In this document: in pieces, positions 1-11,563 of the stretch
How the letters are laid out: each line of letters opens with the position of its first letter
Position numbering within the stretch: the stretch's first letter is position 1
Assembly: GCA_051453625.1 (NCBI GenBank)
Contig: JBOZIK010000001.1
Span: forward strand, 32,075,615-32,112,146
Length of the DNA: 36,532 nucleotides
Direction: 5' to 3'
Origin: Welwitschia mirabilis
Taxonomy: Eukaryota
Translations under genes and position numbers: made by a program
The notes under the pieces: generated by a model
Told to the model about the DNA's origin: nothing
Seen by the model: the letters and a program-made list of their open reading frames with translations, nothing else
The model's database searches: none

Positions 1-470
1 CGTATCTTGAAATATGTAATAACCTAGTCTTGAAATAAAGCTAGAGAATTACATCGTCTAAATGATAAGAGTTTAAAGGTAGATGTTTTTTAATTATAAG
101 TAAATATTATTATTTCCTGATGTTTAAGAGCTATTAAAACATAATTATAACTATTATATTCATCAAGAAAACTATAACACTTAGAATTAATAAAGGAAAA
201 TGGAAAATGATCCTTATAAGTTTCTATACTCATAATTTATAGTTAATACATATCTTTCATCTTCTTTCTCTCTTAATTACCATTATAATAGGATTAATCC
301 AATCTAAATTTTAAATATAATACATGAATCCTACCTTTATAATCCTTTCTATTTCATTTTTTATGATTTATTTGGTCTTGGAATTCATTATTATTTTTGG
401 TTATTTAATTTATTTAATAGATTGATCTAAAACTATTTTATGCTTATAAATGCTTGAATTAACTTCCTAT
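1..470 (-). pseudogene. Gypsy reverse transcriptase N-terminal part (decayed)
   Basis: Pieced minus-strand translation: HKIVLDQS..IIKNEIERIIKVGF..DWINPIIMV..KICINY..TYKDHFPFSFIN..CYSFLDE*YSYNYVLIA..LSF..CNSLALFQ. This matches the Athila-type RT consensus KDHFPLPFID / FLDGYSGYNQ / FGLCNAPATFQ. Confidence 0.85.
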
Positions 471-1505
471 ATATACCCAAGAACATGATTTAGCATGTCT
501 TTTTAATATATTTTTGACTCTTCTTTTCTATGTATGGTCCAAATAACCATTGATTATAAAAGGCCTATTATATTTAACATCAAAGTATTTTGATCCTTAT
601 TTTATTGTCAATTTTTAATTAATTCCTACTTTGTTACTCTTAAGATGTCTTTATCATATTTTCTTCATGATTCTCTATCTCTAATACATTTTTAATTTTA
701 ATCTTTATGTTATTTAATCCATTTACTTTTCTTTTTTAAAAATTTTCTCTTATTTAGAAATTGTTATATGCTTTTTAAAATTTTTAGTATCATTTGGAAA
801 ATTCCTTTTCTAACGTATAAGGAAAATTCCTTTTCTAACGTATAAGAGAGCACTAGCTATAGCCATCCAAGCTCTTACCAATATTATAAAGTAATTATTC
901 TATTTTTATTTCATTTTGAAGATCACTATATCTATTAGATATAAAAACCATTATAAGTCCATTAAAATATATCTCATAATGCCTTCTACCCTTGTAGAAG
1001 GTTTGTCTGCTTGTATCATATTCATCTAATTTTTTTTTTTTAATTCTTCATAATATTTACATGATATAACATATTCTTACCTCAGAACTAATTAAGTCAT
1101 AAAATTAGTATTGTTAATTTTAATTACTATAGTTAATGTTCTTAAGTCTCTAAACTTAACTTTTTTTTTTTGTAATTTTATAAGAAATTAGTAGCTACCC
1201 AAGGTAACTATTCTTATCTTGCATCACTAATTTCATCTTTTGCCTTAATTTCTAACATACCTCTTTAATAACTTTAAATTAATTATAAACTTTCCTTAGT
1301 AATTACACAAAGGGTAAGGTAATAAGTAAATCCATATATTTTTCTATAAACATAGGTCTATATTTGATCAATCTTTTATTTCTATTATTATCATATTCTT
1401 GATCACTTTTTATATTATATAAGTGTTTTACTATATTATTGTTCTTTAATTTATTCATAAATCTTTCATATTATTATAAAGTTTCTTAAATCTTTATTTT
1501 TTCAT
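471..1505 (-). pseudogene. Gypsy aspartic protease region, copy A (decayed)
   Basis: Minus strand: TLTIVIKINNTNF..VISCKYYEEL..MIQADK..EGIMR..IDIVIF..FIILVRAWMAIASALL, comparable to LQLADRS..VDFVVL..IILGRPFLATAGALID. The catalytic DxGA motif is eroded. Confidence 0.8.
796..845. repeat. Perfect 25-bp tandem duplication
   Basis: GGAAAATTCCTTTTCTAACGTATAA at 796-820 and 821-845. Confidence 0.95.
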
Positions 1506-2640
1506 AGTGGATCCATGCAAATACTTTAACATGCCTTTTCAAGATATTTTTAAGTTTCCTTATCTAAGTATGGATTAAATCACTAATGATTATCATAGGC
1601 TTATTATATTTAACATAAAAGTGTTCTAATCCTTCCTTTACAAAATATTTTTCTATTAATTTCTTATTTGTTATTTTCAAAATGTCCTATTCATATTATC
1701 TTCATAATTCCCTATCTCTAATACATTTTGAATTTTAACCTCTAAGGTATTTAAGTTATTCACTTCCCTTCTCCTAAATNNNNNNNNNNNNNNNNNNNNN
1801 NNNNNNNNNNNNNNNNNNNNNNNNNNNNNNNNNNNNNNNNNNNNNNNNNNNNNNNNNNNNNNNNNNNNNNNNNNNNNNNNNNNNNNNNNNNNNNNNNNNN
1901 NNNNNNNNNNNNNNNNNNNNNNNNNNNNNNNNNNNNNNNNNNNNNNNNNNNNNNNNNNNNNNNNNNNNTATATCCTTTTTTTTAATTTATAAATTCTAAA
2001 ATTCCTATCCTAGGATATAAAGAAATATTAGCTATAGTCATCCTACATTCATTAGATATATGAACCCTTATAAATCCATGAAAGCATCTATCATAATGAC
2101 TTTTATATTTATAGAAGATGTACCTACTGGTATCATATTCATCTAATTTTAGTTTTTCTACTTCTTCATAATATTGACATGATATAACATTTATGCTTGC
2201 TCTAATTAATGTTATAAAATTCGTCAGTGTTTTTTATTTTAATTTCTATAGTAGGTTTTCTTGAGTATTTATACTTAACCTTTTCTTAAGTTTTTAAGAC
2301 AATACTAAATATTTAAGGTAATTAATCTTGTCTTGCATAACATACCTTCATCTTTTTCCTTATTTTCTAATACATTTCTTTAATAGTTTTAAATTAACTA
2401 AGAATTTTCCTTAATAATTGCACTAGGATAAGGTAATCAGTAATTCCATAATTTTCTCGATAATAATAGTTATAGATTTAGTTAATTTTTTATTTTTATT
2501 ATTAGTATATTCTTGATCACTTCTCATATGATAAAGAGGTTTGACTACATTAGCATTCTATAATTCTTTTATAAAGCTTTCATGTTCTTCATTAATTTTA
2601 TTAAGGATTTTGTCTTTTCAAAGTTTTTTCTCCACTTGGT
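1506..2640 (-). pseudogene. Gypsy aspartic protease region, copy B (decayed, contains N gap 1780-1968)
   Basis: Collinear diverged duplicate of 471-1505. Minus strand reads PTIEIKIKN..FITLIRASINVISCQYYEE and ends KNILKRHVKVFAWIHYE. Confidence 0.8.
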
Positions 2641-2989
2641 ATAAATGTATTATATTATTTTTATTTTTATTTTTACTTTATCTTAATAGGTTTTTGAGAT
2701 CTAGATTGTATTACAGAAAACTATAAATTCTTAAATTGGATTTAGGTTGAACTTCTAATCCATTTTTATCATTCTTATTTTCATTTTTATTACTAGATAT
2801 TTCAATTTCATAGCTATTTTTCTAATTTTTAAAGAATTTATTTAATTGTTGTTGCTTTTTATTTGCTACGAAGTTTTTCAAAGCATATTTATTATATTTT
2901 TCTCAAACTTCTCTATTAATAAGGATTAGGTATTGACTTATTTGCAAATTTAAATTTTCATTTTTCTTTTTCAGAAATAAATCTCACTC

Positions 2990-3600
2990 ATTTACATTTA
3001 ACCACTCTGCATAGCCATTGTACCATGGACAATTAATATGTACATGATTATCTTTGTAAAAGTTCACATAATTCAAAATCCTTATCTTTAGTAATACACT
3101 TCATTTTTAACCTTATTCATTAAGACTCTTTCCAACCTCTTCTATTTTATTTGTAATTTGTTGTTAGTTTTATTTTCATATGTACATTTTTCTCTCTTTT
3201 TTTGACTCTTATTATTCTTGTTCATGATTCAACCCTAATTCATTTTATTTAAAGATATAAGATAACATTTATTATGGTAGTAAAATTTTGATTTCTAATG
3301 CTTTCCCTACTTAATAAACTCATTTTTTCCAAGGTTTCTTTATATACTCCTCTAAGGAATGTCCTTATTTTTTCCATTATGTCGATTTCACCTTTGTAAT
3401 AAAATAGTATACCTATCATAGAGTTCATCAAATTTTTCATATGGATGTCATTTGACAATTATTATTTTATTTCTAAAATCTCTCAAAATAATTAAATATT
3501 AATGTGTTTTTAAAAATATAGCTTTAATATTATTCTAACCTCTAATAATCTATTTTGGAAGTCTATGATACTAAAACTTTTCATTTATTTACCAAAGAAT
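2990..3600 (-). pseudogene. Gypsy gag (Retrotrans_gag domain and zinc-knuckle-like motif), decayed
   Basis: Minus strand: F*YHRLPK*IIRG*NNIKAIFLKTH..FRNKII..HPYEKFDELYDRYTILLQR..FLRGVYKET, then CEL.KDNHVHINCPW (frameshifted) at ~3020-3070. Confidence 0.8.
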
Positions 3601-4167
3601 AATAGTATCTAAGTCTTTCACTATCAATTCGTAAATAGTTAGCTTTACTAAAAGATTCAAATAACCTAAGTTGTAAAATATGGTATTGAGTTTTTTACCC
3701 TCAAATATTGGCATTGAAATGATATTAATATTTATTATTTTTTCAGTGGTGGAAAAAAAACCTCTTTTACTTATAGAAATAAATTTTATAGACTTNNNNN
3801 NNNNNNNNNNNNNNNNNNNNNNNNNNNNNNNNNNNNNNNNNNNNNNNNNNNNNNNNNNNNNNNNNNNNNNNNNNNNNNNNNNNNNNNNNNNNNNNTAGTT
3901 AGCTTTAATAAAAGATTAAGGTATTAAGTTTTTTACCCTCAAATATTGGCATTGGAATGATATTAATGTTTATTATTTTGTTAGTGGCGAAAAAAAACTC
4001 TTTTAACTATAGGACTAAATTTTTAGATTTTATTAGAGAATCCCTTTGCAATGAAACTAAAATCCGATTATTTTCTTAAAGGACTTAATCAAAATAATGT
4101 TAGAACATTGGTTATTTTTATTTTATTTTGTGCTTCCTTCATTTTCTATATTATGTTTTTCATTATT

Positions 4168-5550
4168 TGTTAAAAAATATAATTTTTTTGATTTCACTTG
4201 TCAAACATTTTGTGTCATTATGTAGACAAGTTATTATAGTAAATTATATCTTTAAAGGCACTAAATCATGATGGATCTTCAAAGGTAATATTTCACAAAA
4301 AGGATCAAATGCTAGACTACAAATTAAATTGTTTGAAGATGTCTAAGAAATTGAAATGTCTTGAATGAAGACATTTGAAAAAATGAAGATATCTCAAATG
4401 TAATAAACTAAAAAAGGTAACTAAGAAAATTTGATTTTGACTAATATCTTATGTTTTAGGTAAGTAGTGAACTTGTACATTGTGGATTTATGGTTATAAA
4501 TTTCTAAGAATACTACAGTGCAAAGTTCATTAGAATCTAGGTATGTTAACTCAAGATGTCTACAAAAGTAAAGACATTTAAAATGAAGACATCTAGTTAA
4601 GACATCTAAAATTAAGACATTTACAAAATTCAAGATGTCTTGAACTCAATTTTACATTGATTAAAATTGAAGTTATGTATCTAACCAATAGACATTGGCT
4701 ATCCATTACATGATGGTTATAGAATCAAACAGCTACCTTTCAAGATCAAATTAATAGATCTTCTTCAATCCTATAAAGCATTGACATCTTAAAACAAATA
4801 ATAACTTTTAGCACTTAAATGAGTAAATAAAAAATATAGATCTTTAAAATCATGAGTTAAGGAAATCTATCACAAAGAAATAAAAGGATCCATTGGTGAG
4901 GAGCTAACATTGTTTTCATCTCTTAGATGTAAATCTTCATTTCTTCATTCTTCATTCATACTCATAATAATAATAACAACTTTAATGATTTTACATCTTC
5001 ATTAAAGAAAATACTCAGGCTTGTTATTGTATTATATTATTTAGTTTGTATTATGGACTACCTCATTGTTGAATACTATTTTAAAGTAAATTTCTTGAAA
5101 TATCAAATACTTTATAAGGTAACCCCTATAGGAGTGTGCATTGGTTATTATGATTTTAGACACTTGTTGAATTTAAGTTTATTGGTTAGCTAGAAAGCCA
5201 TTATTTCCTTAAAGGAAAAAGAGTGATGCCTTGTGAGGAGACTCTCATTATTGTAAATATTCATGGTATACCTATGAAACCATTATTTCCTTTTGAAGGA
5301 GAGAGTGCTATCTTATGAGGAAACTCTCATTTATTATAAGATTAGTGATGCATCAGAAAACCACTATTTCTTACAATTTAAGAATATCTAGAGGTGTGAG
5401 TAAAAGCTATCTTCTATGTATGGACATACCCTGGTTGGGGAACCATGTTATTTAATAAGGTTTTTCATTATTCTTTTTATTCTTATTGAGTTTAATTTTT
5501 ATTTGGTGAAACTCATTCACCCCTCCCATTTGAGTTAAAATCAATCTTCA
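4168..5550 (+). repeat. 5' LTR of the Sirevirus-like copia host element (start uncertain: TG at 4168 or 4199)
   Basis: Ends in CA at 5549-5550 directly before a PBS. Contains a C-rich ATTCACCCCTCCC motif at 5515-5527, clustered AGACATCT/AGATGTCT motifs and a TATA-like CCTATAAAG at ~4770. No second copy in the window to fix the start. Confidence 0.7.
5193..5370. repeat. ~83-bp tandem repeat (2 copies plus a partial) within the host LTR
   Basis: Unit GAAA(G)CCATTATTTCCTT..GAGTG..CTT(G/A)TGAGGA.ACTCTCATT repeats at ~5193 and ~5276, with a partial copy at ~5356. Confidence 0.8.
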
Positions 5551-5552
5551 AG

Positions 5553-5563
5553 TGATATCAGAA
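5553..5563 (+). promoter_or_regulatory. Primer-binding site (tRNA-iMet), degenerate
   Basis: TGATATCAGAA versus consensus TGGTATCAGAG, 2 nt after the LTR-terminal CA and upstream of the gag ATG at 5603. Confidence 0.75.
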
Positions 5564-5654
5564 TGGATGCTCACAAAAAGGGGTAACTTTCTTAAGTGAA
5601 CTATGGAAGGAGTTCCATCTATTAGACCTCAACTCTTTGATGGAATAAACTATA

Positions 5655-5852
5655 TTACGAAACGATGCTAGCATCCAAAATCAAGATCCCTTAATTTTCT
5701 CAACTTCCTTTAATTTTCTTTAATTCTTTCTTGATTTTATCTATTTACTATTTTATTCTCCTCTTAATTGGTATTTATTTAGGCTTGACCCTACAGTCAA
5801 AATAACATGTTTAGCTATTTATCCTAAATTTATGAGTTTATTAATTCTCCCA
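5655..5852 (+). repeat. 5' LTR of the nested copia
   Basis: Aligns by eye with 11365-11563 (GATGC(T/C)AGCATCCAAAAT.AAGAT...TTTATTTAGGCTT.ACC.TA.AGTCAAAATAAC). Ends CTCCCA and is followed by PBS-like TGATATCAAAGTC at 5855-5867. Confidence 0.9.
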
Positions 5853-5899
5853 TTTGATATCAAAGTCAAGGTTACATTGGTGAAGCTTCAATTATAAAG

Positions 5900-8800
5900 A
5901 TGGTATCAAATGACAATTCAAGCATCTCCATCTCCTTGACTTCTTCTTTCTTTAAAGGAGAAAATTATGATTATTAGGAAATCAAGATGAAAACATTTTC
6001 AAGGGTCTAAAATATTTGGGATTTAATAATAACAATCCCTATAGGCATCATAGATGTAGTAACTCTTGTAGCATTAGAAAGAAAAAATGCAAGAGCCTTA
6101 TATATTCTTCAAATAAGCATTAGTGATATAATATTTTCAAATATCGCTAATCACATTGATGTGAAACAAGCTTGAGAATCTCTTAAGATCAAGTATAAAG
6201 GATCAAATAGAGTAAAGAATGTAAGATTACAAACTCTCACTAGAGAATGTGAGACTATAATTATGAAAGAGTCTAAATCTGTTGAGCACTATATCAATTA
6301 TCTTTAAGAGATTATGCACTACGAGCTAGTGGAGAAGATATCAAAGAATCAAAGATCATGAACAAGATCCTTAAAATAGTTACAAGGTACTATGATCCTC
6401 TCATTTATGTGATAAAAAAGAGCAAATATGTAGAGACCTTAACTATGATTGAGCTAATTAGTAGCTTCACAACTTTTAAGAAAAGAAATCAGTTTCATGA
6501 AGAAGTTATCACAAATGAATTTAAGATATAGAAGAATACTCTAAGATTCTCATGCTAAAAATGGCATCAGAATCAATCCATGGATCAAGCTCATGGTCAT
6601 GGATATCAAGGTCATAAAGAGAACAGTTATGCTAAATAAAGCTATCATTGATAAATATAAGATCAAGAAACTGATAAGGCTAGATCTAATAGAACTAGAT
6701 CTAGAATATGGTGTAACTACTATAAGAATGAAAATCATACTGAATCTACTTGTTGAAAAAAGAAAAATGTTCAGAATAGAGAAGTAGTAGATAATTTACA
6801 ACAAGAGGCATCATCTTATAAATAATGCATTTTCATTAAAGAAAGTAAAGATCAATGTTTCTTTCCTAACCACCAATGATTAAGAATAGTCAAATTCAAG
6901 GATTGATTGATATATAGATAGTAGTTGCAGTCATAATATGACTAGAAATGAATTCTTACTTTCAAATCTTTGTAACCATTATGGAGAAGTCATTATTAAA
7001 ATGGGTGTAAAGGTAATCATAACAGGCATAGGTTTTGTTAATTTTCTATAATACTAGGTAGCTCTTTTATAATCCCTAATATTTATCTAGTTCTTAATCT
7101 AAAAAAGAATCTATTAAGTATTAGTCAACTTTGTTATAAAGGTTATATAGTAGAGTTTGATAATAAGTTTTATAAGATTATTAAAACTCATGGTAAGGAA
7201 ATTTCCTTAATTCCCATGAGTCAAAATAGGATGTATAAACTATAGATCTAGAAATATGTTAATTATTTGTTAATAACAAATTTAAATCCATGGTTTTGGC
7301 ATCTCAGGCTTGGACATGTTAATTTTAAATCTATGGATATAATGCAAAATAAGCAACTTATATGAGTTATAACTCACTTTTTACTTCTTGATTCTTAGAT
7401 TCATTCTATAGAAAAAGCAAAAAAATTACCATTTCCAAAATATGGACAAAGATCTAAACATTGTTTAGATCTAGTACATATGGATTTATATGGTCTAATG
7501 TAAACAATAAGCTTTGAAAAGACATAATATATGTTTTTTATTGTAGATTATTATTCGAGAATGTGTTAGGGCTTTTTTTTCCTTTAGATAAAAGATCTAA
7601 TACTAGATTTTCTTAAGATATTTAAAAATATGGTAGAAATCCTAATACATGATTTTGAATAGTTCTACAAAAATCATGGTATTATTCATTATACTACCAC
7701 TGCCTATACATCTCAATAAAATGGTATAGCTAAAAGAAAAAATCAAACAATAATGGCTATGAAAACATGCTTACTACAACAATCTAAATCAAAGAAAGTA
7801 TTCTAGAGTGAAAGTTATAAATTTAAATAATATGAATCCTTTTGAATTATGGTATGATTATAAACCAAATATCTCTTATTTAAAGATTTTTGACTGGCTT
7901 TATTATGTCAATATTCCAAAACAACAATGACACAAGATGGATGACAAAGAGTGCATATGTGTTTTTCTTAGTTATGAGTTACATAGCAAAGCATATCATT
8001 GCCTTGATCTAGAAAAGAATAGAATATTATCCTCAAGAGATGTTATCTTTATTGAATATGCTTCAAATAATAATATTTTTAAATTAGCCTTTTCTTCCTC
8101 TTCATATCTATCCTTTACTTTATTTCTTCTTTCTCATGACTTCATTCCTTTAAATAATTTTTTCAATTCCAACCCTCTTTACTCACCTTATAATTCCCAT
8201 AAATTTCAACCTTTACATTTCTCCATATCCAATACATCACAATTCTCTAATGAACCCCCTTCCTTAGGCTTACTCCCAGCACACAATTCTGACCTTCTTG
8301 CTTCTTACTTAATAAATTCTTTTTCTTGTCATCTCATTCCTCTATCATCTTCTATACCCTACCTAATGTTTATACTTCACTGGCTTCTTCATTGATCTCT
8401 TCATACCATGGCAAACCATGTTCCATAAAACCCTATTTTCCCTCTACTTGTGGATTCCTTGGAATCTATTATCCTTACTCTTTTGTTCTAGACACTGACT
8501 TCTAGTAGTATCTCACATGCTCGGGGCATGTCAGTCACAACCATATCTCAGCCTTTTTTGTGATAGACAAAATTCCTCCTCTCATAATAAAAGATGCACC
8601 TCCTACTGTGACATGCATGTTGCCTCCCATCAGTCTATTTTTGTAGTGCTCAATTACTTTCTCCCTAGGAACTTCCCTCATGCATTTGGACTTCCCTCAT
8701 TCGCAATGTCACAATGCTCCTCTCCCACAGTGCAATGGAGTTATGTACTAGTGGTACACACTAGTTCTTTCACAGTGTAACAATGACTCTTCTCCACATC

Positions 8801-11340
8801 TGCGCTGCCCTAATATTGCGTATTAGTAGCCCCTCCTTCTATGCTCATGAAATGACCTCTTTTTGTAAAGGCCAAGTGATCTCCATCTATTGTGGTTTAA
8901 TGAATTCCTTATATAACCACTATCTAGATTTGTCTCTCTTGGATTGCACAATTCTACCTTGCAGTTATCACATAGCTTTGTCTCCATTATTATATAGCTC
9001 TTCTCCTTAGCCACCTCACAGGGTACTTCCTATGCAGTAGAACATCTTCATAACTCATCTTCCATGTAGCTTAATCCTTTAGCTATTGTGTAACTCCACT
9101 TCTCTGTAGTATGTTTTCTCATCAAACAATGCCATTCCTCTGCATCCGTGTAGCCTCGATAATGAGAAAAGATGTAGCGATGTTCTTCCATTCCAGATTC
9201 TCTCCCCTGATAAATCAAATTCAAAGATACTATATGAATTTTATTTAATCTTTGCTAACTCAACCATCTCATATTTCACTAACTCAGCCTGCTTAGTGGA
9301 TGTTGACTCAAACTACTTACTAAATGCTGACTTAGCTTACATACATTACACTTCATGTGGCCCACCACTTACCCACTCATTTGGTGGTTCTCACACCTAA
9401 TTAAATTTGATTAATACATTATACTCTTCTCCTTCTCCCTCTAAACCCCCATATTGTAATATGGAAGGGGAGGGGGGTTGGAGGAAAAGGGTTCTACTCC
9501 TCTATTCCCCTTTACATGTATCCCTTCTTATAATTATTTATGAAATAATTCCCATAACCTCTTTTTCTTTTTTAAGAAGAACCATCCTTTGAGTCCCTAA
9601 CTTCTGCCATTCTTATTAATAATATAATTTTTTTCACCCTCCTATCTACCTTAACCCCTACCTTAACTTTCTAAAACCCAATACCTTTTTAATTAACATA
9701 TTTCATGATGAATACTTCTTTTTTTTGGTTTTTTTTCCTTCTTTTTTTGGGATTATTTTGAATTCCTCTACCATCATAATGATTTATATTACCTATCACA
9801 TGATGTAATAGTGAGGGGGAAGATTGCCTTGAACCTTCCACTATTAAATAAGCTCTATAATTTCCACACTAGCACAATGCAATGTATCATGAAATAGCTC
9901 AAATAATTAAAAATAAAACTTGGACTCTTATTGCGTGACTTTTACATAAACCCATAATAGGCCTTAAATGGGTATTTCATGTTAAATGCAATTAAACAAA
10001 ATTTATTGAAGAAATCTTTACCCCAATTTCACAACTTAAATCAGTTAAAATTTTTCTAGCCATTACAATTAAACTCAATGCTAACTTAAATTAGTTAAAA
10101 CCTTTGTAGCCATTACAATTAAATTCAATGATCAAATTCTTTAGTTTGATGTAGCTTCAGCCTTTTTAAATGGTCAGTTAGAACAAAAAGTATATGTTGA
10201 ATAGCTACAATGTTTTATAGATTAGATTTATCCAGACCATGTCTATCGTCTACATAAATCTCAATATGGACTTAAGTAGGCACGAAGATCTTGGTTTAAT
10301 TGAATCCATGAATTATTTATAAAGTTATATTTTTAGCACATGTTTTCTAAGTCCAACATCTACAAGAAAATAGAAAATGATGATTATACTTCTGTATTCC
10401 TATAGGTCAATTATCTAATATAGTTCTCTTCTTCAATCTTGATGAATAAAACATTTCAAAAAATGATGAAAAAGAAGTTTTAAATAACTAATTTCAATAA
10501 AATAACCTAATTCCTTGAAATTGAAATCAAGAATGATCCTTATCCTATATATTTAAACTAGCTAAAGTTTATCTGGACTTTTCTTGAAAAGTTTAAAATA
10601 ATAACTTGTAAACCAACTTTTACTCAACTTGCTGCTAATATCAAACTTACAAAAGAAGATGATTCACCTATAGTTGAAGCTACCCTATACCATTCACTCA
10701 TTGAAATCTTATTATATCTTAGAACTACAAGATTAGATATTCAATTCAGTGTAAATTATCTTTCTAGATTTATGTCAAATCCCAAACTCTTAGATGGGAA
10801 GGCTACTAAGCATGTTCTTAGATATTTAAAAAATGCTAAATCTTTTGGTTTTAGATATTATAAAAATAGGAATAAATTAGTACTTCATGTATATTCAAAT
10901 GCTAATTTAGAAGCTTGTTTTGACGATCGCAAGTATGCCATAGGTTATTATTTCTTTTTTAATCATTCACTTATCTCCTGGTCCTCCAAGAAATAGAATA
11001 CGGTAGTAGTATCATCTAAAGAATCAAAATATGTTGCTCTCTCTTAAGCTATAAAACAAGCTATCTAGATCCATTCACTACTTTTAGTAATGGTTTTTTC
11101 TAATAAATCTCTGATACAGATGTTTTGTAATAATACTATAGCTACTGCGATCACAAAGAATCTAGTATTTCATGCATAGACTAAGTACATAGATATCAAG
11201 CATCACTTTATCAAAGATCTTATTAACAAAAACTTTATTAAAATTGATCATGTGGAATCTAGTTTTTAGATAGTAGACATATTAATCAAACCTCTTTCTC
11301 ATGAAGAGTTTGTTAAATTTATAAACTTCCTAGGTATTAA
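5900..11340 (+). pseudogene. Copia gag-pol polyprotein (gag, PR, INT, RT, RNase H), heavily stop- and frameshift-interrupted
   Basis: gag FKGENYDY*EIKMKT, VRLQTLTRE; knuckle CNYYKNENHTESTC (~6710); PR *YIDSSCSHNMT (~6910); WHLRLGHVN (~7300); INT LDLVHMDLYG, VDYYSR, Q*NGIAKRKN, SSRDVIFIE; RT GLKWVF, FDVASAFLNG, LHKSQYGLK*A; RH ISWSSKK, TKYIDIKHHFIKD. Confidence 0.93.
10033..10130. repeat. 50-bp tandem duplication inside the copia RT
   Basis: AACTTAAAT(C/T)AGTTAAAA..TTT.TAGCCATTACAATTAAA.TCAATG starts at 10033 and 10083. Confidence 0.9.
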
Positions 11341-11353
11341 AGAAGTTGACATC

Positions 11354-11364
11354 AAGGAGGTGAA
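11354..11364 (+). promoter_or_regulatory. Polypurine tract of the nested copia
   Basis: AAGGAGGTGAA lies immediately before the 3' LTR. Confidence 0.7.
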
Positions 11365-11563
11365 TTTTAGAAAATGATGCCAGCATCCAAAATTAAGATT
11401 CCTTGATTTCTCATATTTTCTTGATTTTCTTTGATTCTTCCTTGATTTATTTTATTTACAATTTTCTTCTCTTCTCAAATTTTATTTATTTAGGCTTAAC
11501 CTTAGAGTCAAAATAACTTGTTCAACTATTTGTCCTAAATTTCTGATTTTATTAGTTCTCTTA
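11365..11563 (+). repeat. 3' LTR of the nested copia
   Basis: Homologous to 5655-5852, ends CTCTTA (deaminated CTCCCA) and is followed by TSD CTATA. Confidence 0.9.

Larger units (their letters stand above)
1..4167 (-). mobile_element. Degenerate Ty3/gypsy non-chromovirus (Athila/Tat-like) LTR retrotransposon internal region: gag - protease x2 - start of RT, running off the left edge
   Basis: Manual minus-strand translation gives Retrotrans_gag, zinc-knuckle, aspartic protease and gypsy RT motifs in gypsy order. The right boundary is approximate, where the Sirevirus-like LTR begins. Confidence 0.85.
5655..11563 (+). mobile_element. Near-complete degenerate Ty1/copia LTR retrotransposon with ~200-bp LTRs (Ivana/Ale-like; lineage is inference)
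   Basis: Paired LTRs, PBS, PPT, gag-PR-INT-RT-RH order, and TSD CTATA at 5650-5654 and 11564-11568. Confidence 0.93.

Noticed and set aside
1..3600. Possible endogenous pararetrovirus (Caulimoviridae), given the AT-rich knuckle-PR-RT order
   Set aside because: The Retrotrans_gag domain and KDHFP / FLD..SYN RT motifs fit Athila/Tat gypsy elements, and I saw no movement-protein signature.
3636..4030. Duplicated ~150-bp segment on either side of the 3796-3895 gap
   Set aside because: It flanks a 100-N gap, so I cannot separate a real tandem duplication from an assembly or haplotype artefact.
5901..5910. Second PBS-like TGGTATCAAA
   Set aside because: It overlaps the gag start (ATG GTA TCA AAT) about 50 bp from the LTR; the positional PBS is at 5855.
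8517..9014. Short Cys/His-rich ORFs (8517-8780, 8783-9010, 8823-9014)
   Set aside because: No recognisable motif. TGY and CAY codon enrichment is expected from CpG decay of formerly GC-rich DNA.
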